DNA from: Eledone cirrhosa
Taxonomy: Eukaryota
Direction: 5' to 3'
NCBI GenBank assembly: GCA_964016885.1
Contig: CAXHJY010000889.1
Location: 62,001-126,000 of the forward strand
Length of the DNA: 64,000 nt
Both the position numbers and the translations under genes were made by a program. The notes under the pieces are model-generated. The model was not told the origin of the DNA, did no database searches, and saw only the letters and a program-made list of their open reading frames with translations. Shown here one piece after another: positions 12,626-25,400 of this stretch; the first letter of the stretch is position 1; each line of letters opens with the position of its first letter.

Positions 12626-15600
12626 TTTAAGTCTAAGGCTTGATGTTGGGGTTTAAGTCTATGTCTAAGGGTTGGGGTTGGGGTTTAAGTCTAAGTCTAA
12701 AGCTTGTATTTGTGGTTCAAGTCTAAGTCTAAGGCTTGAGTTTGGGGTTTATGTGTAAGTCTAAGTTTAAGGTTACGTCTAAGGCTAGGGGTTGGGGTTT
12801 AAATCTAAGTCTGAGGCTTGGGTTTGGGGTTTAAATGTAAGCTTTGGGTTGGGGTTAACGTCTAAGTCTAAGGCTTGTGGTTAGGGTTTAAGTCTAAGTT
12901 TAGGGGTTGGTGTTTAAGTTTACGTCTAAGGCTAGGGGTTGGGGTTAAGTCTAAGTCTAAGCGTTGCGCTATAAGTCTAAGTCTGAGGCTTGAGGTTGGG
13001 GTTTAAGTCTAAGTCTAAGGCTTTGGGTTGGGGTTTAAGCCTAAGTCGAAGACTTGGCTTTTGGGTTTAAGTCTAAGGCTTGTGTTTATGGTTTAATTCT
13101 TGGGTTTGGGGTTTAAGTGTAAATCTAAGGCTAATGAGTTGGTGTTTAAGTGTAAGTCTAATGCTAGTGGTTGGGGTTTAAGTCTAACTTGGGGTTGGGG
13201 TTCAACTCTGAGGCTAAAGCTTGGGGTTGGGGTTTAAGTCTATGTCTAAGGCTTGGTTTGGGTTTAAGTTTATTTACGATTAAGACATGTTGTTAGGGTT
13301 TAATTGTAAGGCTTGCTGTTGTGGTTTAAGTCTATGTATAAAGCTTTGGGTTAGGGTTTAATTCTAATTCTAAGGCTTTGGTTTGGGGTTAATGTCTACG
13401 TCTAAGGCTTGAGGTTGGGGTTTAAGTCTAAGCCTAAGTTTTAGAGTTGGGGTTTAAGTCTAAGTTTAAGGGTTGGGTTTAAATCTAAATCCTGGAGTTG
13501 GGCTTTAAGTCTAAGTCTAAGGCTTGGGGTTGGGGTGTAATTCTGAGTCTAAGGCTGAGGGTTGACGTTTAATTCTAAGTCTAAGCCTTGGAGTTGGGGT
13601 TTAAGTCTAAGGCTTTTAGTTGGACTTTCAGTCTAAGTCTAAGTCTTGGGTTTGAGGTTTAAGTCTAAGTCTAATGCTTTGGGTTGAGGTTTAAGTCTAA
13701 GTCTAAGACTTGGGGTTGGGGTTTAAGTCTAAGTCTAAGTCTTGGGGTTTGAGTTTAAATCTAAGCTTGGAGCTGCGGTTGAAGTCTAAGTCTAAGTCAT
13801 GTGGTTGGGGTTTAAATATATGTCTATGGCTTGTTGTTTATGTCTAAGTCTAAGACTTTGGGTTGTGGTTTAAGTCAAAGGTTTGGGGTTGGGGTTTAAG
13901 TTTAAGTCTAAGGCTAGGAGTTGGTGTTTAAGTCTAACACTAAGGCTTAGGGTTGGGGTTTATGTCTAAGCCTTGTGGTTATGGTTTAATTCAAAAGCTT
14001 GGAGTTGGGGTTTAAGCCTAAGTCTAAAGCTTGGGGTTGGGGTTTAAGCCTAAGGCTTCGGGTTAAGGTCTAAGTGCAAGACTTGGTGTTAGGGTTTAAA
14101 TCTAAGTCTAATGCTAGTGGTTGGGTTTTAAGTCTAAGGCTTGGGCTTGTGATTTAAGTCTAAGGCTAAGGCTTGGGGTTTGGGTTTAAGTCTATCTCTA
14201 AGGCTTGGTGTTGGGGATTAAATCTATGTCTAAGGCTTTGGGTTGTGATTTAAGTCTAAGTCTAAGGCCTGGGGTTGAGGTTTAAATCTAAGTCTAAGGC
14301 TTGGGGTTGGTGTTTAATGTAAAGTCTAAGGCTAGTAGTTGGGTCTCAAGTCTAAGTCTAAGCCTTGGGGTTGACGTTAAAATCTAAGTCTAAGGCTTGA
14401 GGTTGGCGTTTAAGTCTACGTCTAAGGCTTGAGGTTGGGGCTTAAATCTATGTCTATGGCTTGGGGTTTAAGTCTAAATCTAAGGCTTATGTTTGGGGTA
14501 AGTTTTAAGTCTAAGGCTTGGGATTGGGATTTAAGTTTAAATCTAAGGCTTGGGGTTAGGGTTTAAGTTTAAGTCTATAGCTTCGGTATGGGGTTTAAGT
14601 TTAATTCTAAGGCTTTTGGTAGAGGTTTAAGTCTGCGACTAAGGCTTGGGGTTGGTCTCTAAGTCTAAGGCTTGGGGTTGGGGTTTAAGTCTAAGTCTTA
14701 TGCTTGTGGTTGGGTTTCAAATCTAAGTCCAACATTTGCGCTTGATCTTCAAGTCTAACTCTAAGGCTTGGGATTGGGGTGTAAGTCTAAGTCAAAGGCT
14801 TGTGGTTGGGGTTTAAATCTATCTCTAAGGCTTGGGGTTAAAGTCTAAGTCTACAGCTTAATATTGGCGAGTAAGTCTAAGTCTAAGGATTGGTGTTGGG
14901 GATTATATCTATGACTAAGGCTTTGGTTGTGTTTTAAGTCTATGTCTAAGGCCTGGGGCTGGTATTTAAATCTAAGTCTAAGGATTGGGGGTCGAGGTTT
15001 AAGACTAAATTTAAGGCTGGGGGTTGGGGTTTAATGTTAAGTCAAAGGCTAGGAGTTGGTATTTAAGTCAAAGTCTAAGGCTTGGGGATGGGGTTTGTGT
15101 CTAAGGCTTGTGGTTATAGTTTAATTCTGAGGCTTGGAGCTGGGGTTTAACTCTAAGTCTAAGTCTTGAGGTTGGGGTTTAAATCTATGTCTATGGCGTG
15201 GAGTTTAAGTCTAAGTCTAATGCTAGTGGTTGGGTTTTAAGTCTAAGTCTTAGGCTTGGGGTTGGGGTTCAAGTCTAAGTCTAAGGCTTAAGGTTGGGGT
15301 TAAGTCTAAGTCTAAGACTTGGGGTTGGGGTTTAAGTCTAAGTTTAAGGCTTGGAGCTGGGGTTTAACTCTAAGTCTAAGTCTTGAGGTTGGGGTTTAAA
15401 TCTATGTCTATGGCGTGGAGTTTAAGTCTAAGTCTAATGCTAGTGGTTGGGTTTTAAGTCTAAGTCTTAGGCTTGGGGTTCAAGTCTAAGTCTAAGGCTT
15501 AAGGTTGGGGTTAAGTCTAAGTCAAAAGGTTGGGGTTTAAGTCTAAGGCTTGGGGTTAGGGTTTATGTCTAAGGCTTGGTGTTGGGGGTTTAAGTCTAAG

Positions 15601-18600
15601 TCTAAGGATTGGGTTTAAGTCTAAGTCTAAGTCTAGTTGTTGGGATTTAAGTCCAAATCTAAGACTTGGGGTTGGGATTCAACTCTAAGTCTAAGGCTTG
15701 GTGTTGGGGTTTGAATCTATGTGTATGGCTTGGGGTTTAACTCGAAGTCTAAGGCTTAATGTTGGGGTTTAAGTCTAAGTCTAATGCTATTGGTTGGGGT
15801 TTATGTCGATGTCTAAAGCTTCGGGTTGGGGTTTAAGTTTAAGTCTAAGGCTTGGATTTTGGGTTTAAGTCTAAGTCTAAGTCTAATGTGGTTGGGGTTT
15901 AAGACCAAGTCTAAGGCTCGGAGCTGGGGTTTAAGTCTATTGCTAAGTCTTGAGGTTGGTGTTTAAATCTATGTCTATGGCTTGGAGTTTAAGTCTAAGT
16001 CTAATACTAGTGGTTAGGTTTTAAGTCTAAGTCTAAGGCTTGGGGTTGAGGTTCAAGTCTAAGTCTAAGGCTTGAGGTTGGGGTTTAAGTCTACGTCTAA
16101 GGTTTGAGGTTGGTGTTTAAATCTATGTCTATGGCTTGGGGTTTAAGTCTAAATCTAAGACTTATGGTTGGGGTAAGTCTAAGTCTAATGCTTGTGGTTG
16201 GGGTTTAAGTCTAAATCTAAGACTTTCGGTTGGGGTTTAAGTTTACAAGCTGGGCTAAGGCTTGGGGTTAGGTTTTAAGTCTAAGGCTTGAGGTTGGGGT
16301 TTAAGTCTAAGTCTAAGTCTTGAAGTTGAGGTTTAAATCTATGTCTATGGCTTGGAGTTTAAGTCTAAGTCTAATGCTAGTGGTTGGGGTTTAAGTCTAA
16401 GTCTAAGGCTTGGGGTTAGGGTTTAAGTTTAAGTCTAAAGCTTCGGTTTGGGGTTTCAGTTTAATTCGAAGGCTTTCGGTAGAGGTTTAAGTCTACGACT
16501 AAGGCTTGGTGTTGGTTTTTAAGTGTAAGGTTTAAGTCTAAGTCTTATGCTTGTGGTTGGGGTTTAAGTCGAAGTCTAAGGCTTGGGCTTGGTGTATAAA
16601 TCTAAGTCTAACGCTTGTGCTTGATCTTCAAGTCTAACTCTATGGTTTGGGGTTGTGGTGTAAATCTAAGTCTAAGGCTTGGGGTTCGGGTTTAAATCTA
16701 AGTCTAAGGCTTGGTGTTGGGGTTTGAGTCTAAGTATAAGGCGTGTGGTTGGGGTTTATGTCTAAGACTAAGGCATGGGGTAAGGGTTTAAGTCTAAGGC
16801 TAAGGCTTGGGGTTAGGATGTGAGTATAAATCTAATGCTTGGCGTTAGGGTTTAAGTCTAAGTCTAAGGCTTGGGTTTGGGGTATAAATCTAATTATAAG
16901 GATAAGGTTGGGGTTCGGGTTTAAGACTAAGTGTTGTGGTTAGGATTTAATTCTAAGGCTTGGCGTTGGGGTTTACGTCTAAGTCTAAAGCTTGGGGTAG
17001 GGGTTTAAGTCATGTCGAAGGCTTGGAGTTTAAGTCTAACTCTAAGGCTTTGGTTTGGGGTTTAAGACTACGTGTAAGGCTTGAGGTTGGGGTTTAAGTC
17101 TAAGTCTTGGAGTTGGGGTTTAATTTTACGTCTAAGGCTTGGGTTTGTGGTTTAAGTCTAAGTCTAAGAGTTGGTATTAGTCTTTAAATCTAAGGCTTGG
17201 ATTTGGGGTGTAAGTCTAAGTCTAAGGCTTGTGGTTGGGGTCTAAATCCATGTCTAAGGCTTAGGGTTTAAGTCTAAGTCTAAAGCTTAATGTTGGGGAT
17301 TAAGTCTAAGTCTAAGACTTAAGGTTGGGGTTTAAGTCTACGTCTAAGGCTTGTGGTTGGGTTTTATGTAGAAGTCTAAACATGGGGTTGGGGTTTAAGT
17401 CTATGTCTAAGGCTTGGGATTGGGGTTTAAGTCTAAGTCTAAGGATTTGTGTTGGTTTTTAAGTTTACGTGTTGGGGTTTGGGGTTAAGTTGTAAGTCTA
17501 AAGCTTGTTATAAGGGTTTAATTCTAAGGCTTGGGGTTGTGGTTTAAGTCTATGTATAAGACTTGGGGTTGGGGTTTAATTCTAAGTCTAAGGCTTTGGT
17601 TTGGGGTTAGTGTCTAAGTCTAAGGCTTGAGGTTGGGATTTAAATCTAAGTCTAAGTCTTGGAGTTGGGGTTTAAGTTTACGTCTAAGGTAAGGGGTTGG
17701 GGTGTAAGTCTAAGTCTAAGGCTTTGGGTTGGGGTTTATGTCTAAGTCTAAGGCTTTGGGTTGGGGTTTAAGTCTAAGTCTAAGCCTTTTGGTTGGTGTT
17801 TAAGTGTATGTCTAAGGGTTGGTGTTGGATTTAAGTCTAAGTCAAATGCTTGGGTTTGGGCTTTATGTCTAAGTCTAAGTCTTGGGGTTGGGGTTTAAGT
17901 CTAAGTTTAAAGCTTGGAGCTGGGGTTTAACTCTAAGTCTAAGTCTTGAGGTTGGGGTTTAAATCTATGTCTATGGCGTGGAGTTTAAGTCTAAGTCTAA
18001 TGCTAGTGGTTGGGTTTTAAGTCTAAGTCAAATGCTTGGGTTTGGGCTTTATGTCTAAGTCTAAGTCTTGGGGTTGGGGTTTAAGTCTAAGTTTAAGGCT
18101 TGGAGCTGGGGTTTAACTCTAAGTCTAAGTCTTGAGGTTGGGGTTTAAATCTATGTCTATGGCGTGGAGTTTAAGTCTAAGTCTAATGCTAGTGGTTGGG
18201 TTTAAAGTCTAAGTCTTAGGCTTGGGGTTGGGGTTCAAGTCTAAGTCTAAGGCTTAAGGTTGGGGTTAAGTCTAAGTCTAAGACTTGGGGTTGGGGTTTA
18301 AGTCTAAGTTTAAGGCTTGGAGCTGGGGTTTAACTCTAAGTCTAAGTCTTGAGGTTGGGGTTTAAATCTATGTCTATGGCGTGGAGTTTAAGTCTAAGTC
18401 TAATGCTAGTGGTTGGGTTTTAAGTCTAAGTCTTAGGCTTGGGGTTCAAGTCTAAGTCTAAGGCTTAAGGTTGGGGTTAAGTCTAAGTCAAAAGGTTGGG
18501 GTTTAAGTCTAAGGCTTGGGGTTAGGGTTTATGTCTAAGGCTTGGTGTTGGGGGTTTAAGTCTAAGGATTGGGTTTAAGTCTAAGTCTAAGTCTAGTTGT

Positions 18601-19441
18601 TGGGATTTAAGTCCAAATCTAAGACTTGGGGTTGGGATTCAACTCTAAGTCTAAGGCTTGGTGTTGGGGTTTGAATCTATGTGTATGGCTTGGGGTTTAA
18701 CTCGAAGTCTAAGGCTTAATGTTGGGGTTTAAGTCTAAGTCTAATGCTATTGGTTGGGGTTTATGTCGATGTCTAAAGCTTCGGGTTGGGGTTTAAGTTT
18801 AAGTCTAAGGCTTGGATTTTGGGTTTAAGTCTAAGTCTAAGTCTAATGTGGTTTAAGACCAAGTCTAAGGCTTGGAGCTGGGGTTTAAGTCTATTGCTAA
18901 GTCTTGAGGTTGGTGTTTAAATCTATGTCTATGGCTTGGAGTTTAAGTCTAAGTCTAATACTAGTGGTTAGGTTTTAAGTCTAAGTCTAAGGCTTGGGGT
19001 TGAGGTTCAAGTCTAAGTCTAAGGCTTGAGGTTGGGGTTTAAGTCTACGTCTAAGGTTTGAGGTTGGTGTTTAAATCTATGTCTATGGCTTGGGGTTTAA
19101 GTCTAAATCTAAGACTTATGGTTGGGGTAAGTCTAAGTCTAATGCTTGTGGTTGGGGTTTAAGTCTAAATCTAAGACTTTCGGTTGGGGTTTAAGTTTAC
19201 AAGCTGGGCTAAGGCTTGGGGTTAGGTTTTAAGTCTAAGGCTTGAGGTTGGGGTTTAAGTCTAAGTCTAAGTCTTGAAGTTGAGGTTTAAATCTATGTCT
19301 ATAGCTTGGAGTTTAAGTCTAAGTCTAATGCTAGTGGTTGGGGTTTAAGTCTAAGTCTAAGGCTTGGGGTTAGGGTTTAAGTTTAAGTCTAAAGCTTCGG
19401 TTTGGGGTTTATGTCTAAGTCTAAGTCTTGGGGTTGGGGTT
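12626..19441 (+). repeat. SatB block 1: G-rich telomere-like minisatellite, 32 bp consensus TTGGGGTTGGGGTTTAAGTCTAAGTCTAAGGC
   Basis: Hexamer-built units (TTGGGG, TTTAAG, TCTAAG) with degenerate monomers; G-rich and C-poor on the + strand. Confidence 0.97.
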
Positions 19442-22400
19442 TAAATCTAAAAAAAACGTAACAAATTAATGCTTTTACAAATCTTTCGAAATATCTACTT
19501 CCTGGCTTCAAATTTTGCAGATTAAACTTTTTTCGAAAAACCTAAAAAAATCAGTTTTCGAAATCAGAAGTTAATATTTCGAAAAACGCAATTTGAAAAA
19601 CGCATATTAATTTTTTTTATACTTTTATATCTGATTTTTTTATACTTTTATATCAGATTTTTTTATACTTTTATATCAGATTTTTTTATACTTTTATATC
19701 TGATTTCAAATATTGATTTTTTTAGGTTTTTCGAAAACTTTATATAATCAATTTTTTTTAGTTTTTTCTAAAAAGAGTTCATAGTCGAAATATATACTTC
19801 CGCATTAATCTTTTTACGTCTTTCTGATTTTTTGCATGTTTCGAAATCTAAAAAAAACGTAACAAATTAATGCTTTTACAAATCTTTCGAAATATCTACT
19901 TCCTGGTTTCAAATTTTGCAGATTAAACTCTTTTCGAAAAACCTAAAAAAATCAGTTTTCGAAATCAGAAGTTAATACTTCGAAAAACACAATTTGAAAA
20001 ACGCAATTTGAAAAACACATATTAATTTTTTTTCGAAAACTTTATATAATCAATTTTTTTATACTTTTAAAAATATTTATATCTGATTTCAAATATTGAT
20101 TTTTTTAGGTTTTTCGAAACCTTATATAATCAATTTTTTTTAGTTTTTTCGAAATATATACTTCTGCATTAATCTTTTTACGTTATTCTGATGTTTTGCA
20201 TATTTCGAAATCTAAAAAAAATGTAAAAATTTAATGCTTTTACAAATCTTTAGAAATATTTACTTTCTGGTTTCAAATTTTGCAGATTAAATTTTTTTCG
20301 AAAAACCTAAAAAAATCATTTTTTGAAATGAGAAGTTAATATTTCGGAAAATGCAATTCGGAAAACGCATATTAATTTTTTTTCGAAAACCTTATATAAT
20401 CGATTTTTTTATACTTTTAGAAATATTTATATCCGATTTCAAATATTGATTTTTTTAGGTTTTTCGAAAACCTTATATAATCAATTTTTTAATACTTTTA
20501 TATCTGATTTTTTTATACTTTTATATCTGATTTCAAATATTGATTTTTTTAGGTCTTTCGAAAACCTTATATAATCAAATTTTTTTAGTTTTTTCGAAAA
20601 AGAGTTCATAGTCGAAATATATACTTCCGCATTAATCTTTTTACGTTTTTCTGATTTTTTGCATGTTTCGAAATCTAAAAAAACCGTAAAAAATTAATGC
20701 TTTTACAAATCTTTAGAAATATTTACTTTCTGGTTTCAAATTTTGCAGATTAAATTTTTTTCGAAAAACCTAAAAAATCAGTTTTCGAAATCAGAAGTTA
20801 ATATTTCGAAATATTGATTTTTTTTAGGTTTTTCGAAAACCTTATATAATTAATTTTTTTAAGGTTTTTCGAAAAAGAGTTCATATATACTTCTGCATTA
20901 ATCTTTTTACGTTTTTCGGTTTTTTTGCATGTAAATCTAAAAAAAACGTAACAAATTAATGCTTTTACAAATCTTTCGAAATATCTACTTCCTGGTTTCA
21001 AATTTTGCAGATTAAACTTTTTTCGAAAAACCTAAAAAAATCAGTTTTGGAAATCAGAAGTTAATATTTCGAAAAACGCAATTTGAAAAACGCAATTTGA
21101 AAAACACATATTAATTTTTTTTCGAAAACTTTATATAATCAATTTTTTTATACTTTTAAAAATATTTATATCTGATTTCAAATATTGATTTTTTTAGGTT
21201 TTTCGGAACCTTATATAATCAATTTTTTTTAGGTTTTTCGAAATATATACTTCTGCATTAATCTTTTTACGTTATTCTGATTTGCATATTTCGAAATCTA
21301 AAAAAAACGTAAAAAATTGATTTTACAAATAATCAATTTTTTTATACTTTTAGAAATATTTATATCTTATTTCAAATATTGATTTTTTAGGTTTTTCGAA
21401 AAAATTGATTATATAAATAATCAATTTTTCTTAGGTTTTTCGAAAAAAGAATGACTGTGAGTCATAGTCGAAATATATACTTCTGTATTAATCTTTTTAC
21501 GTTTTTCAGATTTTTTGCATGTTTCGAAATCTAAAAAAAACGTAAAAAATTAATGCTTTTACAAATCTTTAGAAATATTTACTTTCTGGTTTCAAATTTT
21601 GCAGATTAAATTTTTTTCGAAAAACCTAAAAAAATCAGTTTTCGAAATTAGAAGTTAATATTTCGGAAAATGCAATTTGGAAAACGCATATTAATTTTTT
21701 TTCGAAAACCTTATATAATCGATTTTTTTATACTTTTAGAAATATTTATATCCGATTTCAAATATTGATTTTTTTAGGTTTTTCGAAAACCTTATATAAT
21801 CAATTTTTTTATACTTTTATATCTGATTTCAAATATTGATTTTTTTAGGTTTTTCGAAAACCTTATATAATCAATTTTTTTTAGTTTTTTCGAAAAAGAG
21901 TTCATAGTCAAAATATATACTTCCGCATTAATCTTTTTACGTTTTTCTGATTTTTTGCATGTTTCGAAATCTAACAATAACGTAAAAAATTAATGCTTTT
22001 ACAAATCTTTAGAAATATTTACTTTCTGGTTTCAAATTTTGCAGATTAAATTTTTTTCGAAAAACCTAAAAAATCAGTTTTCGAAATCAGAAGTTAATAT
22101 TTCGAAATATTGATTTTTTTTAGGTTTTTCGAAAACCTTATATAATTAATTTTTTTTATGTTTTTCGAAAAAGAGTTCATATATACTTCTGCATTAATCT
22201 TTTTACGTTTTTCGGTTTTTTTGCATGTAAATCTAAAAAAAACGTAACAAATTAATGCTTTTACAAATCTTTCGAAATATCTACTTCCTGGTTTCAAATT
22301 TTGCAGATTAAACTTTTTTCGAAAAACCTAAAAAAATCAGTTTTCGAAATCAGAAGTTAATACTTCGAAAAACGCAATTTGAAAAACGCAATTTGAAAAA

Positions 22401-25400
22401 CACATATTAATTTTTTTTCGAAAACTTTATATAATCAATTTTTTTATACTTTTAAAAATATTTATATCTGATTTCAAATATTGATTTTTTTAGGTTTTTC
22501 GGAACCTTATATAATCAATTTTTTTTAGGTGTTTCGAAATATATACTTCTGCATTAATCTTTTTACGTTATTCTGATTTTTTGCATATATCGAAATCTAA
22601 AAAAAACGTAAAAATTTAATGCTTTTACAAATCTTTCGAAATATTTACTTTCTGGTTTCAAATTTTGCAGATTAAATTTTTTTCGAAAAACCTAAAAAAA
22701 TCAGTTTTCGAAATCAGAAGTTAATATTTCGGAAAATGCAATTTGGAAAACGCATATTAATTTTTTTTCGAAAACCTTATATAATCGATTTTTTTATACT
22801 TTTAGAAATATTTATATCCGATTTCAAATATTGATTTTTTTAGGTTTTTCGAAAACCTTATATAATCAATTTTTTTATACTTTTATATCTGATTTCAAAT
22901 ATTGATTTTTTTAGGTTTTTCGAAAACCTTATATAATCAATTTTTTTTAGTTTTTTCGAAAAAGAGTTCATAGTCGAAATATATACTTCCGCATTAATCT
23001 TTTTACGTTTTTCTGATTTTTTGCATGTTTCGAAATCTAAAAAAAACGTAAAAAATTAATGCTTTTACAAATCTTTAGAAATATTTACTTTCTGGTTTCA
23101 AATTTTGCAGATTAAATTTTTTTCGAAAAACCTAAAAAATCAGTTTTCGAAATCAGAAGTTAATATTTCGAAATATTGATTTTTTTTAGGTTTTTCGAAA
23201 ACCTTATATAATTAATTTTTTTTATGTTTTTCGAAAAAGAGTTCATATATACTTCTGCATTAATCTTTTTACGTTTTTCGGTTTTTTTGCATGTAAATCT
23301 AAAAAAAACGTAACAAATTAATGCTTTTACAAATCTTTCGAAATATCTACTTCCTGGTTTCAAATTTTGCAGATTAAACTTTTTTCGAAAAACCTAAAAA
23401 AATCAGTTTTCGAAATCAGAAGTTAATACTTCGAAAAACGCAATTTGAAAAACGCAATTTGAAAAACACATATTAATTTTTTTTCGAAAACATTATATAA
23501 TCAATTTTTTAATACTTTTAAAAATATTTATATCTGATTTCAAATATTGATTTTTTTAGGTTTTTCGGAACCTTATATAATCAATTTTTTTTAGGTTTTT
23601 CGAAATATATACTTCTGCATTAATCTTTTTACGTTATTCTGATTTTTTGCATATTTCGAAATCTAAAAAAAACGTAAAAATTTAATGCTTTTACAAATCT
23701 TTCGAAATATTTACTTTCTGGTTTCAAATTTTGTAGATTAAATTTTTTTCGAAAAACCTAAAAAAATCAGTTTTCGAAATCAGAAGTTAATATTTCGAAA
23801 AAAGCAATTTGGAAAACGCATATTAATTTTTTTTCGAAAACCTTATATGATCGATTTTTTTATACTTTTAGAAATATTTATATCCGATTTCAAATATTGA
23901 TTTTTTTAGGTTTTTCGAAAACCTTATATAATCAATTTTTTTATACTTTTATATCTGATTTTTTTATACTTTTATATCTGATTTCAAATATTGATTTTTT
24001 TAGGTTTTTCGAAAACCTTATATAATTAATTTTTTTTAGTTTTTTCTAAAAAGAGTTCATAGTCGAAATATATACTTCCGCATTAATCTTTTTACGTCTT
24101 TCTGATTTTTTGCATGTTTCGAAATCTAAAAAAAACATAACAAATTAATGCTTTTACAAATCTTTCGAAATATCTACTTTTTTCGAAAAACCTATAAAAA
24201 TCAGTTTTCGAAATCAGAAGTTAATACTTCGAAAAACACAATTTGAAAAACGCAATTTGAAAAACACATTAATTTTTTTTCGAAAACTTTATATAATCAA
24301 TTTTTTTATACTTTTAAAAATATTTATATCTGATTTCAAATATTGATTTTTTTAGGTTTTTCGAAACCTTATATAATCAATTTTTTTTAGTTTTTTCGAA
24401 ATATATACTTCTGCATTAATCTTTTTACGTTATTCTGATGTTTTGCATATTTCGAAATCTAAAAAAAATGTAAAAATTTAATGCTTTTACAAATCTTTAG
24501 AAATATTTACTTTCTGGTTTCAAATTTTGCAGATTAAATTTTTTTCGAAAAACCTAAAAAAATCATTTTTTGAAATGAGAAGTTAATATTTCGGAAAATG
24601 CAATTTGGAAAACGCATATTAATTTTTTTTCAAAAACCTTATATAATCGATTTTTTTATACTTTTAGAAATATTTATATCCGATTTCAAATATTGATTTT
24701 TTTAGGTTTTTCGAAAACCTTATATAATCAATTTTTTAATACTTTTATATCTGATTTTTTTATACTTTTATATCTGATTTCAAATATTGATTTTTTTTTA
24801 GGTCTTTCGAAAACCTTATATAATCAATTTTTTTTAGTTTTTTCGAAAAAGAGTTCATAGTCGAAATATATACTTCCGCATTAATCTTTTTACGTTTTTC
24901 TGATTTTTTGCATGTTTCGAAATCTAACAAAAACGTAAAAAATTAATGCTTTTACAAATCTTTAGAAATATTTACTTTCTGGTTTCAAATTTTGCAGATT
25001 AAATTTTTTTCGAAAAACCTAAAAAATCAGTTTTCGAAATCAGAAGTTAATATTTCGAAATATTGATTTTTTTTAGGTTTTTCGAAAACCTTATATAATT
25101 AATTTTTTTTATGTTTTTCGAAAAAGAGTTCATATATACTTCTGCATTAATCTTTTTACGTTTTTCGGTTGTTTTGCATGTAAATCTAAAAAAAACGTAA
25201 CAAATTAATGCTTTTACAAATCTTTCGAAATATCTACTTCCTGGTTTCAAATTTTGCAGATTAAACTTTTTTCGAAAAACCTAAAAAAATCAGTTTTCGA
25301 AATCAGAAGTTAATACTTCGAAAAACGCAATTTGAAAAACGCAATTTGAAAAACACATATTAATTTTTTTTCGAAAACTTTATATAATCAATTTTTTTAT

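Noticed and set aside
12626-19441. SatB as a functional telomerase-made telomere
   Set aside because: The blocks are internal, flanked by SatA on both sides and copied with identical rare variants; pure (TTAGGG)n or (TTGGGG)n runs are absent.
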